A stretch of 64,000 nucleotides of DNA from a virus (taxonomy: Duplodnaviria > Caudoviricetes). The notes under the pieces are model-generated. The model was not told where the DNA came from and did not search any database. It worked only from the letters and a program-made list of their open reading frames with translations. Location: IMG/VR virus record IMGVR_UViG_3300021426_000001; one strand, 5' to 3'. Below are positions 17,903 to 26,866 of this stretch, piece by piece (within the stretch, counting starts at the first letter, position 1; each line of letters begins with the position of its first letter). The position numbers and the translations under genes are program-made.

Positions 17903-18325
17903 CTAGATTCCATCGAACGGTTCTTCTTCATCAGCTGGCCAGTACTTGACGCCGTCCATTCCCTCATCAGATACGAAGCTGGTCTTGTAACCCTTCTTCT
18001 CGAAGATCTCAGCAGCGAGTGACTGCTCTTCACAGCTAGTGAAGTAGATCTCGTCGCTGACTGGAGAGCTCTTGATGTGAGCTTCCACTCGTTCTTGAAC
18101 TCGACTGAGACGAACATCTAGAGCACGCTTCGCAGCATCTTTCTGCCATGTAGAGGCGAGTTCGAGTTCGATCTGGTGGTGAAGCATGTCGATGGCTTTG
18201 TGGTCGCCTTCTTTGACTTTGCCGTCTTTGACGATCTTGCCCCAGATGACAGCTTCGATTGCGCCGTCAGCGAGAGTCAAGATCTCGTCCATGTACGGCT
18301 TGAGGTCTATTTCTTGGTGTTGCAT
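17903..18325 (-). CDS. hypothetical protein
   Basis: 140 aa downstream of promoter. Confidence 0.8.
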   Translation of the reverse strand: MQHQEIDLKPYMDEILTLADGAIEAVIWGKIVKDGKVKEGDHKAIDMLHHQIELELASTWQKDAAKRALDVRLSRVQERVEAHIKSSPVSDEIYFTSCEEQSLAAEIFEKKGYKTSFVSDEGMDGVKYWPADEEEPFDGI

Positions 18326-18364
18326 TGGCTGGTCCTTGTTGATGATGAATTGTTTTACACAGTC

Positions 18365-18403
18365 AATATAAGAAAATCAGGGCTCTTTGTAAACCCTGAT
18401 TTT
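18365..18403 (-). promoter_or_regulatory. early promoter within stem-loop
   Basis: Near-identical to the 3232 and 4342 cassettes. Confidence 0.85.
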
Positions 18404-18421
18404 TAGATTTTCTCGAATTCT

Positions 18422-18598
18422 CTATCTCAGAATCTGCTCACGCACAAATCCCTTCGAATCCCAGTACTCGGATAGATATTTTGGAGACTCTGACTCGGTA
18501 GCGCAGGCATTGAAACTCGGTCCATCACGGTTTACATCTCTCATTGATCTCATGCCAGATTCTATCACACGCTGCCATTTCTTTGCGTTGGTATTCAT
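18422..18598 (-). CDS. small hypothetical protein (58 aa)
   Basis: Manual translation MNTNAKKWQ...; GGAGG RBS, ATGA overlap. Confidence 0.6.
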   Translation of the reverse strand: MNTNAKKWQRVIESGMRSMRDVNRDGPSFNACATESESPKYLSEYWDSKGFVREQILR

Positions 18599-18822
18599 TT
18601 CACCTCCTGAGCTTCTTGCTGTCTCCTGCGCTCATATTCACGCTTAGCCCAGTTGTCTTCTGGATTCTCTTCCCAGTCTGGACAGCTGGGATCATAGGTC
18701 GGCCAGTGGTGCTTCTTGCAAAGAGAGATCCACTGCCCAGACATATCCCTGCATCGGTGGTCGTAGCAGTGCTTGCACATCTGGCAGCGCAGAAAGTCAT
18801 CTCTGTTCTTTGGACTAGGCAT
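18595..18822 (-). CDS. small Cys-rich protein
   Basis: CQMCKHC...C...C...C. Confidence 0.7.
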   Translation of the reverse strand: MPSPKNRDDFLRCQMCKHCYDHRCRDMSGQWISLCKKHHWPTYDPSCPDWEENPEDNWAKREYERRRQQEAQEVK

Positions 18823-19189
18823 TCGATCCTCCCATGAGCTTCAGAAGGTACTTGACTCCCTTCTTCTCGCATATCTTCATCGCGTGAGCAGTTCCCTTGC
18901 TCTTTCCGTCCCAGATGATCAGAGCGACGTCAGCCTCTTTGACCATCTCTACGTTCCTTACATATCCAGCAGCTCGACCGTTCTTGTCCCAGTCTGCGGG
19001 ATGCTCTTCATAGGGAATCTTATGCTCGATAGCGTACAGTCTCGCTAGAGTGTCGACTCCCTTAGCGCCACCCTCTATGATGGTAATGTCTTCGCCATTT
19101 AGCATGACGCTCATCATCTCATCTAGCGCCTGGAAGACTTTGTGCTTATCGGTGATAGTTCTACTGCCCGATACGAGAAGCTTCTTCAT
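18815..19189 (-). CDS. SLOG family (YspA-like/DUF2493) protein
   Basis: VSGSR, IEGGAKGVD, ADW...AAGYVRN, WDGKSKGT. Confidence 0.9.
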   Translation of the reverse strand: MKKLLVSGSRTITDKHKVFQALDEMMSVMLNGEDITIIEGGAKGVDTLARLYAIEHKIPYEEHPADWDKNGRAAGYVRNVEMVKEADVALIIWDGKSKGTAHAMKICEKKGVKYLLKLMGGSNA

Positions 19190-19475
19190 ACTGCCTCAAC
19201 CTCTCCAAGAATTCTGGAGTGTCTGGATCTTCGACCTCTTCAAACGTACAATCGAGAAATATCTTCTTGAGGAAGAGCTCGCTCTTCGTACTGAGTGGTC
19301 CCAGCTCACGAGTTCTCATAAATTCTGCTATCTGTTCGAGAGCTGGCTCAAAACAGAAACGAGCAGCCTTGTTGATGTCGTCCGTCAGGTAGTCTTCCAG
19401 CTTCTCGTGGGACTTTCCGATCTCTACAATGAGATATTTCTGTGCTGGTGAATACTTTACTACATGGTTCTTCAT
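19161..19475 (-). CDS. hypothetical protein
   Basis: 104 aa. Confidence 0.7.
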   Translation of the reverse strand: MKNHVVKYSPAQKYLIVEIGKSHEKLEDYLTDDINKAARFCFEPALEQIAEFMRTRELGPLSTKSELFLKKIFLDCTFEEVEDPDTPEFLERLRQYEEASRIGQ

Positions 19476-19774
19476 ATCGCCTCTCCCTCTCGAAGCTCGC
19501 CATTCGTGATGAAGTACGTCAAGTGCTCGACTGCGCCATCGATGCTATCTGGCTTCACGTACTCGTAAGCATAGTCGTCTTTGTAGCGAGTGATGTCGAT
19601 CTTGTCATTGTCAACATCTATCGTGACCATGTTGTCTTCAGCGATATAGATCGCAGCCTGATTCGGACGGTCATAGTAGTGGCGAAAGATAGAGATCTTC
19701 CCCTTCTCTTCTTTCTTCTTCATCTTCTTCTTGCAGAGAAGAGCGTCGATTATTGCGTCTGTAGTGATTTTCAT
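19472..19774 (-). CDS. hypothetical protein
   Basis: 100 aa, ATGA overlap. Confidence 0.75.
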   Translation of the reverse strand: MKITTDAIIDALLCKKKMKKKEEKGKISIFRHYYDRPNQAAIYIAEDNMVTIDVDNDKIDITRYKDDYAYEYVKPDSIDGAVEHLTYFITNGELREGEAI

Positions 19775-20079
19775 ACTGGATTCACCTCTGTTGTTGCGCT
19801 GTACTGGACTTTCAGCGTTATTGAGTCAGTAAACATAGCGAAGTGGACATTCTTATGGCAGAGCTTCCTGAGTGATCCGTAGATGAGAAGCTCACGTAGT
19901 CCCTTGCTAGGACAGCTGATCGTAACGAACGAAGAGCATACAGACGGATCACCTGAGCGGAAGTACACGGGAGGAGTCTTGCCGTAAGTGCTCCAGTCGA
20001 TCTCCAGGTCTGCGAATCCAGACTCTTGTCTGAGCTTCTCTTCGAAGATTGCTTTGTAGTTTTTGCGGGTTATTCTCAT
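19771..20079 (-). CDS. hypothetical protein
   Basis: 102 aa, ATGA overlap. Confidence 0.75.
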   Translation of the reverse strand: MRITRKNYKAIFEEKLRQESGFADLEIDWSTYGKTPPVYFRSGDPSVCSSFVTISCPSKGLRELLIYGSLRKLCHKNVHFAMFTDSITLKVQYSATTEVNPV

Positions 20080-20300
20080 AGCTGTACCTGAGTGAGGTCA
20101 GTGAAAGACTTGGTCTTGCCGATCGTGATGTCGCTGAGCGGAATGTCGAACTCGGTGGCGTTGTCGAACATGTTGTCGCGGTTGTAGAAGTCATCGTCCA
20201 TCATGTACTTCATCTGGTTGACGAGATTCTTTGCCTGTTCGTCGGAGATTTCAGATTTAGTTTCGATTGTGATCGGGAGATAGACGGTCTTAGTTGCCAT
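20076..20300 (-). CDS. hypothetical protein
   Basis: 74 aa downstream of promoter. Confidence 0.75.
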   Translation of the reverse strand: MATKTVYLPITIETKSEISDEQAKNLVNQMKYMMDDDFYNRDNMFDNATEFDIPLSDITIGKTKSFTDLTQVQL

Positions 20301-20340
20301 TTTGAGGTCCTTTGTTGAGGTTGATTGTTGTTACAGTTGA

Positions 20341-20369
20341 AATATAGGAAACTTCAAGAGAATTCTAAA
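20341..20369 (-). promoter_or_regulatory. early promoter
   Basis: TTTAGA-N17-TATATT. Confidence 0.7.
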
Positions 20370-20384
20370 CCTCATTTCTCAACT

Positions 20385-20627
20385 TTATTCATCATCTTCT
20401 TCACATTCTCTTTCATACTGCTCTGCTAGCTCATAGTACAGGTCGCTCGGCATCAATCTGCATACGTATTCATATTTGCCATATCTCTCTTGAATGTGCT
20501 TGTACTCTCTGAGCATGTCAAGGAGATCTTTCATTTTGAATTCGTTAGCGTCTGCATATTGCTTCTTGAACTCTTTATCCTTTTCGAGCGTTTCACAGAA
20601 CTTGATAGCTTGATCTACATTTGCCAT
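20385..20627 (-). CDS. hypothetical protein
   Basis: AGGAG RBS before MANVDQ. Confidence 0.7.
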   Translation of the reverse strand: MANVDQAIKFCETLEKDKEFKKQYADANEFKMKDLLDMLREYKHIQERYGKYEYVCRLMPSDLYYELAEQYERECEEDDE

Positions 20628-20641
20628 ATTTTCTCCTTTTC

Positions 20642-21490
20642 TCAATTAGCCATGAAAAATTTGTCTCTGTTGGCTTCGACGAACCTGAGCATGTCGACAG
20701 TCTCTGTGTATTTGAGCAGATCCATCAGTCTTATCTCATGTTCAATGCGCTTCTTGTGCTGCTCTTCATGGAAGAGCATGTTCGCTGCGTCGTTGTTGTG
20801 GGAGAGCATCCAGTCAGAGTGTTCGATCTCTTCGATAGACTTCCATCTGACCATGAGAGACTCGCTGAACCCGACGTTTGTGACAATCTGATGGATGTCA
20901 GAGTCTGCCTTCGGATAGTAGGTATTATCTCCGATCTTGAAGGAGTACTGCTCGAAAGACTCGCCCCACCCGTCAGAGAACTGACCCTCTGCGTCATCTG
21001 CTATCGCTTTCAGCGTCTTCTTGAACTTCTCAGTGTCCATGACTATGTTCTCGTCGATCAAGTACTCTACGCAGAGCGAGAGTCCCTTCTCGTCGTCGAA
21101 AGAGATGAAGTGCTTCGACGGCTTAACTCCATCTGGCAGATCTTCTTCATTGTGAGGGAAACTTCTCGCAAACCAAGTCGGACTATACCACGCTAAGAGG
21201 TCTGGAAGGATCTTCTTCTGCTCTTCCAGCGACAGCTCCTGAAAGTCATCGCCGTCATCTCTGCGTACCCTCAGATTGTAATAGATCTGAACTTGTTGCC
21301 AGTAGGTTACATTGTCTCTCTTAGCGAGAAGCGGATCTACGTCCTCTTTGCGATAGAACTTCTCTGTGTCGCTGACGCTGCTATACTCTTGTCCGACGAT
21401 AGCGACTGTCTCGCTCGTGTCGTCTATTGAACCTATCTCGAACGAGTATTCACGTAGACCATACTCGTTCAACTCTTCTGAATTGCTCAT
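20642..21490 (-). CDS. hypothetical protein
   Basis: GQFSDGWGESFEQ motif; GGAG RBS before MSNSEE. Confidence 0.8.
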   Translation of the reverse strand: MSNSEELNEYGLREYSFEIGSIDDTSETVAIVGQEYSSVSDTEKFYRKEDVDPLLAKRDNVTYWQQVQIYYNLRVRRDDGDDFQELSLEEQKKILPDLLAWYSPTWFARSFPHNEEDLPDGVKPSKHFISFDDEKGLSLCVEYLIDENIVMDTEKFKKTLKAIADDAEGQFSDGWGESFEQYSFKIGDNTYYPKADSDIHQIVTNVGFSESLMVRWKSIEEIEHSDWMLSHNNDAANMLFHEEQHKKRIEHEIRLMDLLKYTETVDMLRFVEANRDKFFMAN

Positions 21491-21500
21491 TTTAAGCTCC

Positions 21501-21947
21501 TTAGACTTTTCCAAGTTCGATCTTCATAGTGTCGAGGATCTTCTTGATGACTGTGCGTAGACCCTTGCTGAACAACTCGATGTCGGAAGTCCATGTAAAT
21601 GCGTCCATCTCCTGGATCCAGAATCCGCGATCGTTCTTGAATGTAGACTTGCAGTAGACCTGTTCGATCAAATCATCATCGGCTCGTGCTACGAAGAGAT
21701 GAATGTCCTTTGTCTTGAGATACGGCATTACACCAGGGTCAAATTCGAGCTGGACTCTCGGATCACAGATGTTCGTCTCTTCATCTAGCTCGCGAAGAGC
21801 TACATCGAAGTCGTTACTCTCATTCGTCATCTTCATCCCCTTTGGGACATTCCAGCTTCCCTCGTTGAATGATGCGCCAGTAGGATGACATGCTAGAATT
21901 TCATTCTTGCTGTTGAGAATGAGAAATCCACAACTGATACTGTTCAT
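21501..21947 (-). CDS. Nudix hydrolase
   Basis: WNVPKG...VALRELDEETNI Nudix box. Confidence 0.9.
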   Translation of the reverse strand: MNSISCGFLILNSKNEILACHPTGASFNEGSWNVPKGMKMTNESNDFDVALRELDEETNICDPRVQLEFDPGVMPYLKTKDIHLFVARADDDLIEQVYCKSTFKNDRGFWIQEMDAFTWTSDIELFSKGLRTVIKKILDTMKIELGKV

Positions 21948-21994
21948 AATTTCTCCCTATTTGAGTTCACAGACTGAAGTTGTTTTACAGTTGA

Positions 21995-22023
21995 AATATA
22001 AATAAATCGTAGCTTTTTCTAAA
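21995..22023. promoter_or_regulatory. overlapping divergent promoters (early minus, late plus)
   Basis: Minus TTTAGA-N17-TATATT; plus TATAAATA at 21997-22004 overlaps the -10. Confidence 0.7.
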
Positions 22024-22044
22024 CCCATATTTTGAGAGAATCTT

Positions 22045-22320
22045 ATGAGACTATCAGAATCTTTTACACATCTGATCAAGAGCGGCGCAAAGTTCTTGAC
22101 TGAAGCAGAAGAGCGAGAGGCTCAGTACATCGCTGAGCTCAGACAGGCAGTGATGGTCAGAGCCGAGGCTGAGAACTTCGACAAGACGATCGATCAAGAC
22201 TATCTAGAGTCAGTCATGTTCGAAGCTTATAGCAGAGGAATGCCTCTAGAAGAGGCAAAAGAGCAGGTATGGCTCGCTGTCTATGTAGACAAAGATGCTG
22301 GTCCGGAGGTGATCGAATGA
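22045..22320 (+). CDS. late protein with degenerate shared leader
   Basis: MRLSESFTHLIKSGAKFLTE. Confidence 0.75.
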   Translation: MRLSESFTHLIKSGAKFLTEAEEREAQYIAELRQAVMVRAEAENFDKTIDQDYLESVMFEAYSRGMPLEEAKEQVWLAVYVDKDAGPEVIE

Positions 22321-23315
22321 CCATTCTAGACATGATCCTAGAGCGTGAGTTGACGCCTGAGCAGAGAGAAGCTAAGAGACTTCGCGCAAAGGCGAGAAGA
22401 GAGAAGCGCAGAGAGCAGACCGGAAGTGCAAGTCCAGCTCCAGCTCCCTCAAGAGACGATTCTCATCTTGACGACGTGGTCCGAAACAGAGAGCCAGATC
22501 CAGACTCCTCAGTAGAGATCTCATCTGGATTCCTTAGAGTTCAGTGGAGAAAGTACAACGAGAAGTACTTCGGTGGAGAGCTCAGAGAGCCGAAGTTCTT
22601 CATGCCGAAGAGCGGAAGTGGCTCTATGGGTGTCTGCACTCACGACTACGATCCGAGGTCCAACGAGATTTACTGCTCAGCTATCCGCATAAACGAGAAG
22701 CTCGAGAACTATCAGACCTTCAGAAACGTGATGGTTCACGAGATGGTTCACCAGTGGGCTTACCAGCAGCTCGACGAAGAAGACATCAGAAGAGCTAACG
22801 GATACGGCATGGCGAGAAGCCGAAAGTGGTGGAACGCTCTGACGAGTCCGATGGGCAGGGACGGACATCACGGCACATGGCTTCAGAAGTGCGAAGAACT
22901 TACCAGTAAGTTCCCTTATCTGAAGCTCACTAAGTATGGTCAGAAGGACGAGCTAGAGCTAGAGGGCGAAGAGAAGAGCGCTGCTGTCGAAGCTGCTAAG
23001 GGCAATCACATCGTTCTGTGTGAGCCTGGCGGAGGAAGACACAAGTACTTCTACTACCTCACAGACAGCGGATTCCAGGAGCTGAAGAGCGAGATCGAAG
23101 CTGGAAAGAGAGCTGGAAAGTGGGTCGAGTACGAGTTCGATCCAGAGAAGCTATCGAAAGAGAAGATCACTGCTCTCACTAGCGCCGGAAAGAGCGCATA
23201 CAAGGGCAGCTACCTCGATGACCTAATCGAGAGAGGAGTCGTGAGCAAGTGGAACTCTAAGCATCTCGGCGGAGAGAAGAGCACAGCAAGAAGAGTCAGA
23301 TTCTCATGGTTCTGA
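22317..23315 (+). CDS. SprT-like zinc metalloprotease
   Basis: YNEKYFGGEL, VMVHEMVHQW (HEXXH), GHHGTW; GGAGG RBS before MTILD. Confidence 0.85.
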   Translation: MTILDMILERELTPEQREAKRLRAKARREKRREQTGSASPAPAPSRDDSHLDDVVRNREPDPDSSVEISSGFLRVQWRKYNEKYFGGELREPKFFMPKSGSGSMGVCTHDYDPRSNEIYCSAIRINEKLENYQTFRNVMVHEMVHQWAYQQLDEEDIRRANGYGMARSRKWWNALTSPMGRDGHHGTWLQKCEELTSKFPYLKLTKYGQKDELELEGEEKSAAVEAAKGNHIVLCEPGGGRHKYFYYLTDSGFQELKSEIEAGKRAGKWVEYEFDPEKLSKEKITALTSAGKSAYKGSYLDDLIERGVVSKWNSKHLGGEKSTARRVRFSWF

Positions 23316-23323
23316 TATAAATA
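23316..23323 (+). promoter_or_regulatory. T4-type late promoter
   Basis: TATAAATA. Confidence 0.75.
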
Positions 23324-23337
23324 GAACGAGGTTTAAT

Positions 23338-23652
23338 ATGGAGATGAATTTTAGTCAAGCGAAAGAGCTCCTAGAGAGCGTTGGAATGAGGATAGAGGAA
23401 GATACTCTAGAAGCCAAGAGTGAGCTCGCAGATACCTTCATTCACTCTATCATGCTAGAGATAGAAAAATACACTTCTGGAAGAACTTCAAAGTATTTTA
23501 AACACTACGAAATAGAGATCATGCGACAGATAATGGCTTTTGTATATGAGTATGCACAGAGAACATGCGAACTGAGCGGAAGTCCATGTAACTTGGAAAC
23601 TCTAAAGCAAGTGATAAAATCAGAATATGATGCAAATCATGTAGGAAAGTGA
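23338..23652 (+). CDS. late protein with shared leader
   Basis: MNFSQAKELLESVGMRIE. Confidence 0.8.
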   Translation: MEMNFSQAKELLESVGMRIEEDTLEAKSELADTFIHSIMLEIEKYTSGRTSKYFKHYEIEIMRQIMAFVYEYAQRTCELSGSPCNLETLKQVIKSEYDANHVGK

Positions 23653-23653
23653 T

Positions 23654-24025
23654 ATGGCTATGACATTTGAGCAAGCGATCGACATCCTGGCATCTGAGCC
23701 AGTCATCCTAGAGTCTAAGGGACCGAGAACGGCAGAAGACTGGAAGAAGATCTCAGAGATCTGGCTGAAGAAGAGAGACGAGCAAGTCAAGCTTCTTCAG
23801 GACAACCCTCAGTGGATCGGAAGACCAGCTGAGCTGAGCACTAAGAAGCTCATCGCCAAGTACAACGGCTACTACAAGAGAGCCCTCGAAGAGTTGAAGA
23901 ACTGCGAGGACTACGATGAGCGCATGAGAGAAGAGCAGCGCCAGGCTGACCTCGAGTGGGAGCAGCAGTGCGAGCTAGAGACGATGCGCAACTATGACTT
24001 CGATCGCGGAGACTGGAGATACTAG
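23654..24025 (+). CDS. late protein with shared leader
   Basis: MTFEQAIDILASEPVILE. Confidence 0.8.
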   Translation: MAMTFEQAIDILASEPVILESKGPRTAEDWKKISEIWLKKRDEQVKLLQDNPQWIGRPAELSTKKLIAKYNGYYKRALEELKNCEDYDERMREEQRQADLEWEQQCELETMRNYDFDRGDWRY

Positions 24026-24033
24026 GTTGAATC

Positions 24034-24195
24034 ATGTCACTAGCGAATTGGCGAAAGATGAGGCCAGAGAACTGCCAGATGAAGAACTTCGATCCCGAGA
24101 AGGCGTTCATTAGCCTGCTGCGGACAAGATCGAACGTCAGCACTTTCTGGCTGTCTGAAGTCATACCGAGGATTCTCGGAAAGAAGAAGCTGTAG
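24034..24195 (+). CDS. small hypothetical protein (53 aa)
   Basis: Manual translation MSLANWRKMRPENC...; ends at terminator. Confidence 0.55.
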   Translation: MSLANWRKMRPENCQMKNFDPEKAFISLLRTRSNVSTFWLSEVIPRILGKKKL

Positions 24196-24228
24196 AAAAA
24201 GAGGATGAGAAAGATCTCATCCTCTTTT
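24196..24228. terminator. bidirectional intrinsic terminator
   Basis: AAAAGAGGATGAGA/TCTCATCCTCTTTT. Confidence 0.85.
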
Positions 24229-24229
24229 G

Positions 24230-25315
24230 TTATAGTTCCAGATTTAGCGCTTCATCGATAGTGTCATCCATGTCGAAGTACTTGTATTGACCGAGTCTTC
24301 CGACGAATACCACCTTATCATTCACGATCGCCTTGTACTTTTCGTATAGGGCATTATTCTTTTCATTATTGACTGGATAGTATGGGACTTCTCCCTTCTT
24401 CCATTCTGAGCTGAACTCCCTACTTACGATCGTCTTGTCGCTTCCACGGTCGTTGAACCACTTGTGTTCGATGCTTCGAGTGTATGGTTCTTCGTTTGAA
24501 GTGTAGTTGACGACAGCATTGCCTTGATAGTTCTTCTTGTCATACTCTACCGTCTCGAATCTCACTGAGCGATACTCAAGAGGTCCAAAGCAATAGTCGT
24601 AGTACTCGTCAATGCATCCCGAGTAGTAGATCTTGTCTGCCATCTTGATCCACTTCTCCTTGTCTGCCAAGAAGTCAGTGTTCAGCAAGATGTCTGCTCC
24701 ATCGAACATCCTAGCTATGAGAGCAGTGTAGCCCTCTATCGGAATGCCCTGATACTTGTCGTTGAAGTAGTTGTTGTCGTAAGTGAATCTGAGAGGTATG
24801 CGCTTGATGATCTCCGGTGGAAGCTCTGTGCACTTTCTGCCCCATTGCTTCTCTGTGTAGCCCTTGATCAACTTCTCATAGATCGTTCTGCCCACCATAG
24901 AGATCGCTTGCTCTTCCAAGTTCGTAGGGAAGCACATATTCTCTTTCATCTTCTCATTCAGAATAGCCTCTTCTGCCTGATGCGGAGTGACTACGCCGAA
25001 GAGCTTGCTGAACGTGTTCATGTTGAACGGAAGATTGTAGATCTCGTCTCTGTAGTTAGCGATGGGACTGTTTACGAAGTTGTTGAACTCACCGAACTTG
25101 TTGATGAAGTTCCAGACGTTCTCGTTAGAAGTGTGAAAGATGTGAGCGCCATACTTGTGGACATCAATGCCATCTTTTCGATATGTAAAGCAGTTGCCAG
25201 CGATATGATTGCGCTTTTCGATGACAAGAACATTCTTGCCTTTGTTGATTAGTCTCCATGCAAGGACTGCATTGAAGAGTCCTGCGCCGACTAGCAAAAC
25301 GTCATAATGCTTCAT
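24230..25315 (-). CDS. glf: UDP-galactopyranose mutase
   Basis: VGAGLF, HKYGAHIFHT, YTEKQWG, YFNDKYQGIP, LEYRS, PYYP, GRLGQYKYFDMD; ORF open upstream to 25402. Confidence 0.95.
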   Translation of the reverse strand: MKHYDVLLVGAGLFNAVLAWRLINKGKNVLVIEKRNHIAGNCFTYRKDGIDVHKYGAHIFHTSNENVWNFINKFGEFNNFVNSPIANYRDEIYNLPFNMNTFSKLFGVVTPHQAEEAILNEKMKENMCFPTNLEEQAISMVGRTIYEKLIKGYTEKQWGRKCTELPPEIIKRIPLRFTYDNNYFNDKYQGIPIEGYTALIARMFDGADILLNTDFLADKEKWIKMADKIYYSGCIDEYYDYCFGPLEYRSVRFETVEYDKKNYQGNAVVNYTSNEEPYTRSIEHKWFNDRGSDKTIVSREFSSEWKKGEVPYYPVNNEKNNALYEKYKAIVNDKVVFVGRLGQYKYFDMDDTIDEALNLEL

Positions 25316-25404
25316 TTCAATTTCTCTCTCAACAGTGTAGTTGAAATTCCTTGTGTAAATGGTAAAATCTGTGCCACCGCAATTATTACAAATAACATTC
25401 ATAC

Positions 25405-25848
25405 TTAATTCTCTAATAATTTATTTCTAAATAATGTTGAACTATAATCGTGCTTTCTTTCATTATAATAAATTTCAATTCCTTCCAAATCCCAGCCCGT
25501 GTGTTTCGTTCCTTTATACTCTTCACCAACGAAACGAATATCAGGTTTGATTATTTTGAGCATATTTAGCAAATCACGTTCTGTATCAAACGGAATAATT
25601 AAATCAGCGTATTTAATAGATGTGATTTGAATCCAGCGTTCAAACGTCGTTTGACAAGGTTTATTTTTTTCATTTCTGTCATTTGTTGGGTCAGTCAATA
25701 AGCCTACAACCAAAAAATCACAATTTCGTTTTGCTTCAGCTAGCATAATATCATGGCCGCAATGGGGACCGAGTTCAAAAGTTGAACAAGTAAATCCTAT
25801 CTTCTTTCCTTCTTTTCTAGCTTGTTCAATCGTATCTAAACTGTCCAT
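25405..25848 (-). CDS. cytidylyltransferase (TagD/RfaE-like HxGH family)
   Basis: GFTCSTFELGPHCGH, LVVGL, GEEY, RKHDYSST. Confidence 0.85.
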   Translation of the reverse strand: MDSLDTIEQARKEGKKIGFTCSTFELGPHCGHDIMLAEAKRNCDFLVVGLLTDPTNDRNEKNKPCQTTFERWIQITSIKYADLIIPFDTERDLLNMLKIIKPDIRFVGEEYKGTKHTGWDLEGIEIYYNERKHDYSSTLFRNKLLEN

Positions 25849-26861
25849 AATTTAATCATTTCCTTAATTTCGTTTAATGTTCTTTGCTTTAATTCATCGG
25901 TGCTATATTTATAAATACGAATCCACTGTGTAAGTTCAGCGATATAGATTTGTTTTTTATAATTCTTGTAATAATTCAATACTACAGCATATTCGTCAGT
26001 TTTATTATATCGTTTCAGCGAATGAAGTAATTTGCCTATATCTAATAACCAAGACGAATATAATTTTTCACTATAAATTGGGTCTATTAAATACAGCTTA
26101 TCATTCATTTTTAGAACATTATCAAGTGAAAAGTCTCCATGACTAAAAGTAATATGCTCATCAAAAAACTTTTGCTCAATCTTCATAGCAGTTATGATAG
26201 ATTTCTTTTCATCCTCAGTTAATGGAATATTACTAAGATGTGAACTTATCCTATCAATATAAGTTTGAAATTGTGCTGCTGAAATAGATTTGATATACTG
26301 TTCTTTATCAAGTAACTCTATGATTTCAAAAATTGTTGGCTCGCTATCGCTTTTAATGTATTCCATAGCAATAGTGTTTCCTATTACACTATGAATTTTT
26401 GGAACATTGAAAAATTTTTTTGAAATTTCAAACCAAGCTATTACATCTTTTGTGTCGTCAGCAGTTTTATAAATTTTTCCATCACGAAGTTCTATTTTAG
26501 CCCCGCTCATACCAGTCTTAATAGTTTCAAATGATATGTCCATAAACTCGTCAGGTTTATATCCCTTATCATCAATATAATAAGAAGCAAGCTTCTTTTG
26601 AAAACTGAGTTCAGTATATTTCACACCGTGCTTCTTAAACCAGTTTCTTATACTTTCTCCATATTTTAGTTCTGCTTCTTCACGCGACGAACAACTTAAA
26701 CTTCCTCTCGCAGTAACATAATAAATGTCCCAGCCCTCATCGTATAACTTATTTAATTTTTCAATAAGTTTTAGATTGGGTTCAGCATTATCAAAATCAT
26801 GATTTAGCGTGAATGAAATACAATCATCAATGTCAACACATATACTGTTAGGATAAGCCAT
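25836..26861 (-). CDS. HAD phosphatase fused to APH-like kinase
   Basis: VDIDD, TARG, YIDDK; HGDFSLDN, LIDP. Confidence 0.85.
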   Translation of the reverse strand: MAYPNSICVDIDDCISFTLNHDFDNAEPNLKLIEKLNKLYDEGWDIYYVTARGSLSCSSREEAELKYGESIRNWFKKHGVKYTELSFQKKLASYYIDDKGYKPDEFMDISFETIKTGMSGAKIELRDGKIYKTADDTKDVIAWFEISKKFFNVPKIHSVIGNTIAMEYIKSDSEPTIFEIIELLDKEQYIKSISAAQFQTYIDRISSHLSNIPLTEDEKKSIITAMKIEQKFFDEHITFSHGDFSLDNVLKMNDKLYLIDPIYSEKLYSSWLLDIGKLLHSLKRYNKTDEYAVVLNYYKNYKKQIYIAELTQWIRIYKYSTDELKQRTLNEIKEMIKLWTV

Positions 26862-26866
26862 ACTTG

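Noticed and set aside
25905-25917. TATAAATA late promoters on both strands
   Set aside because: Inside an AT-rich coding region where chance matches are expected
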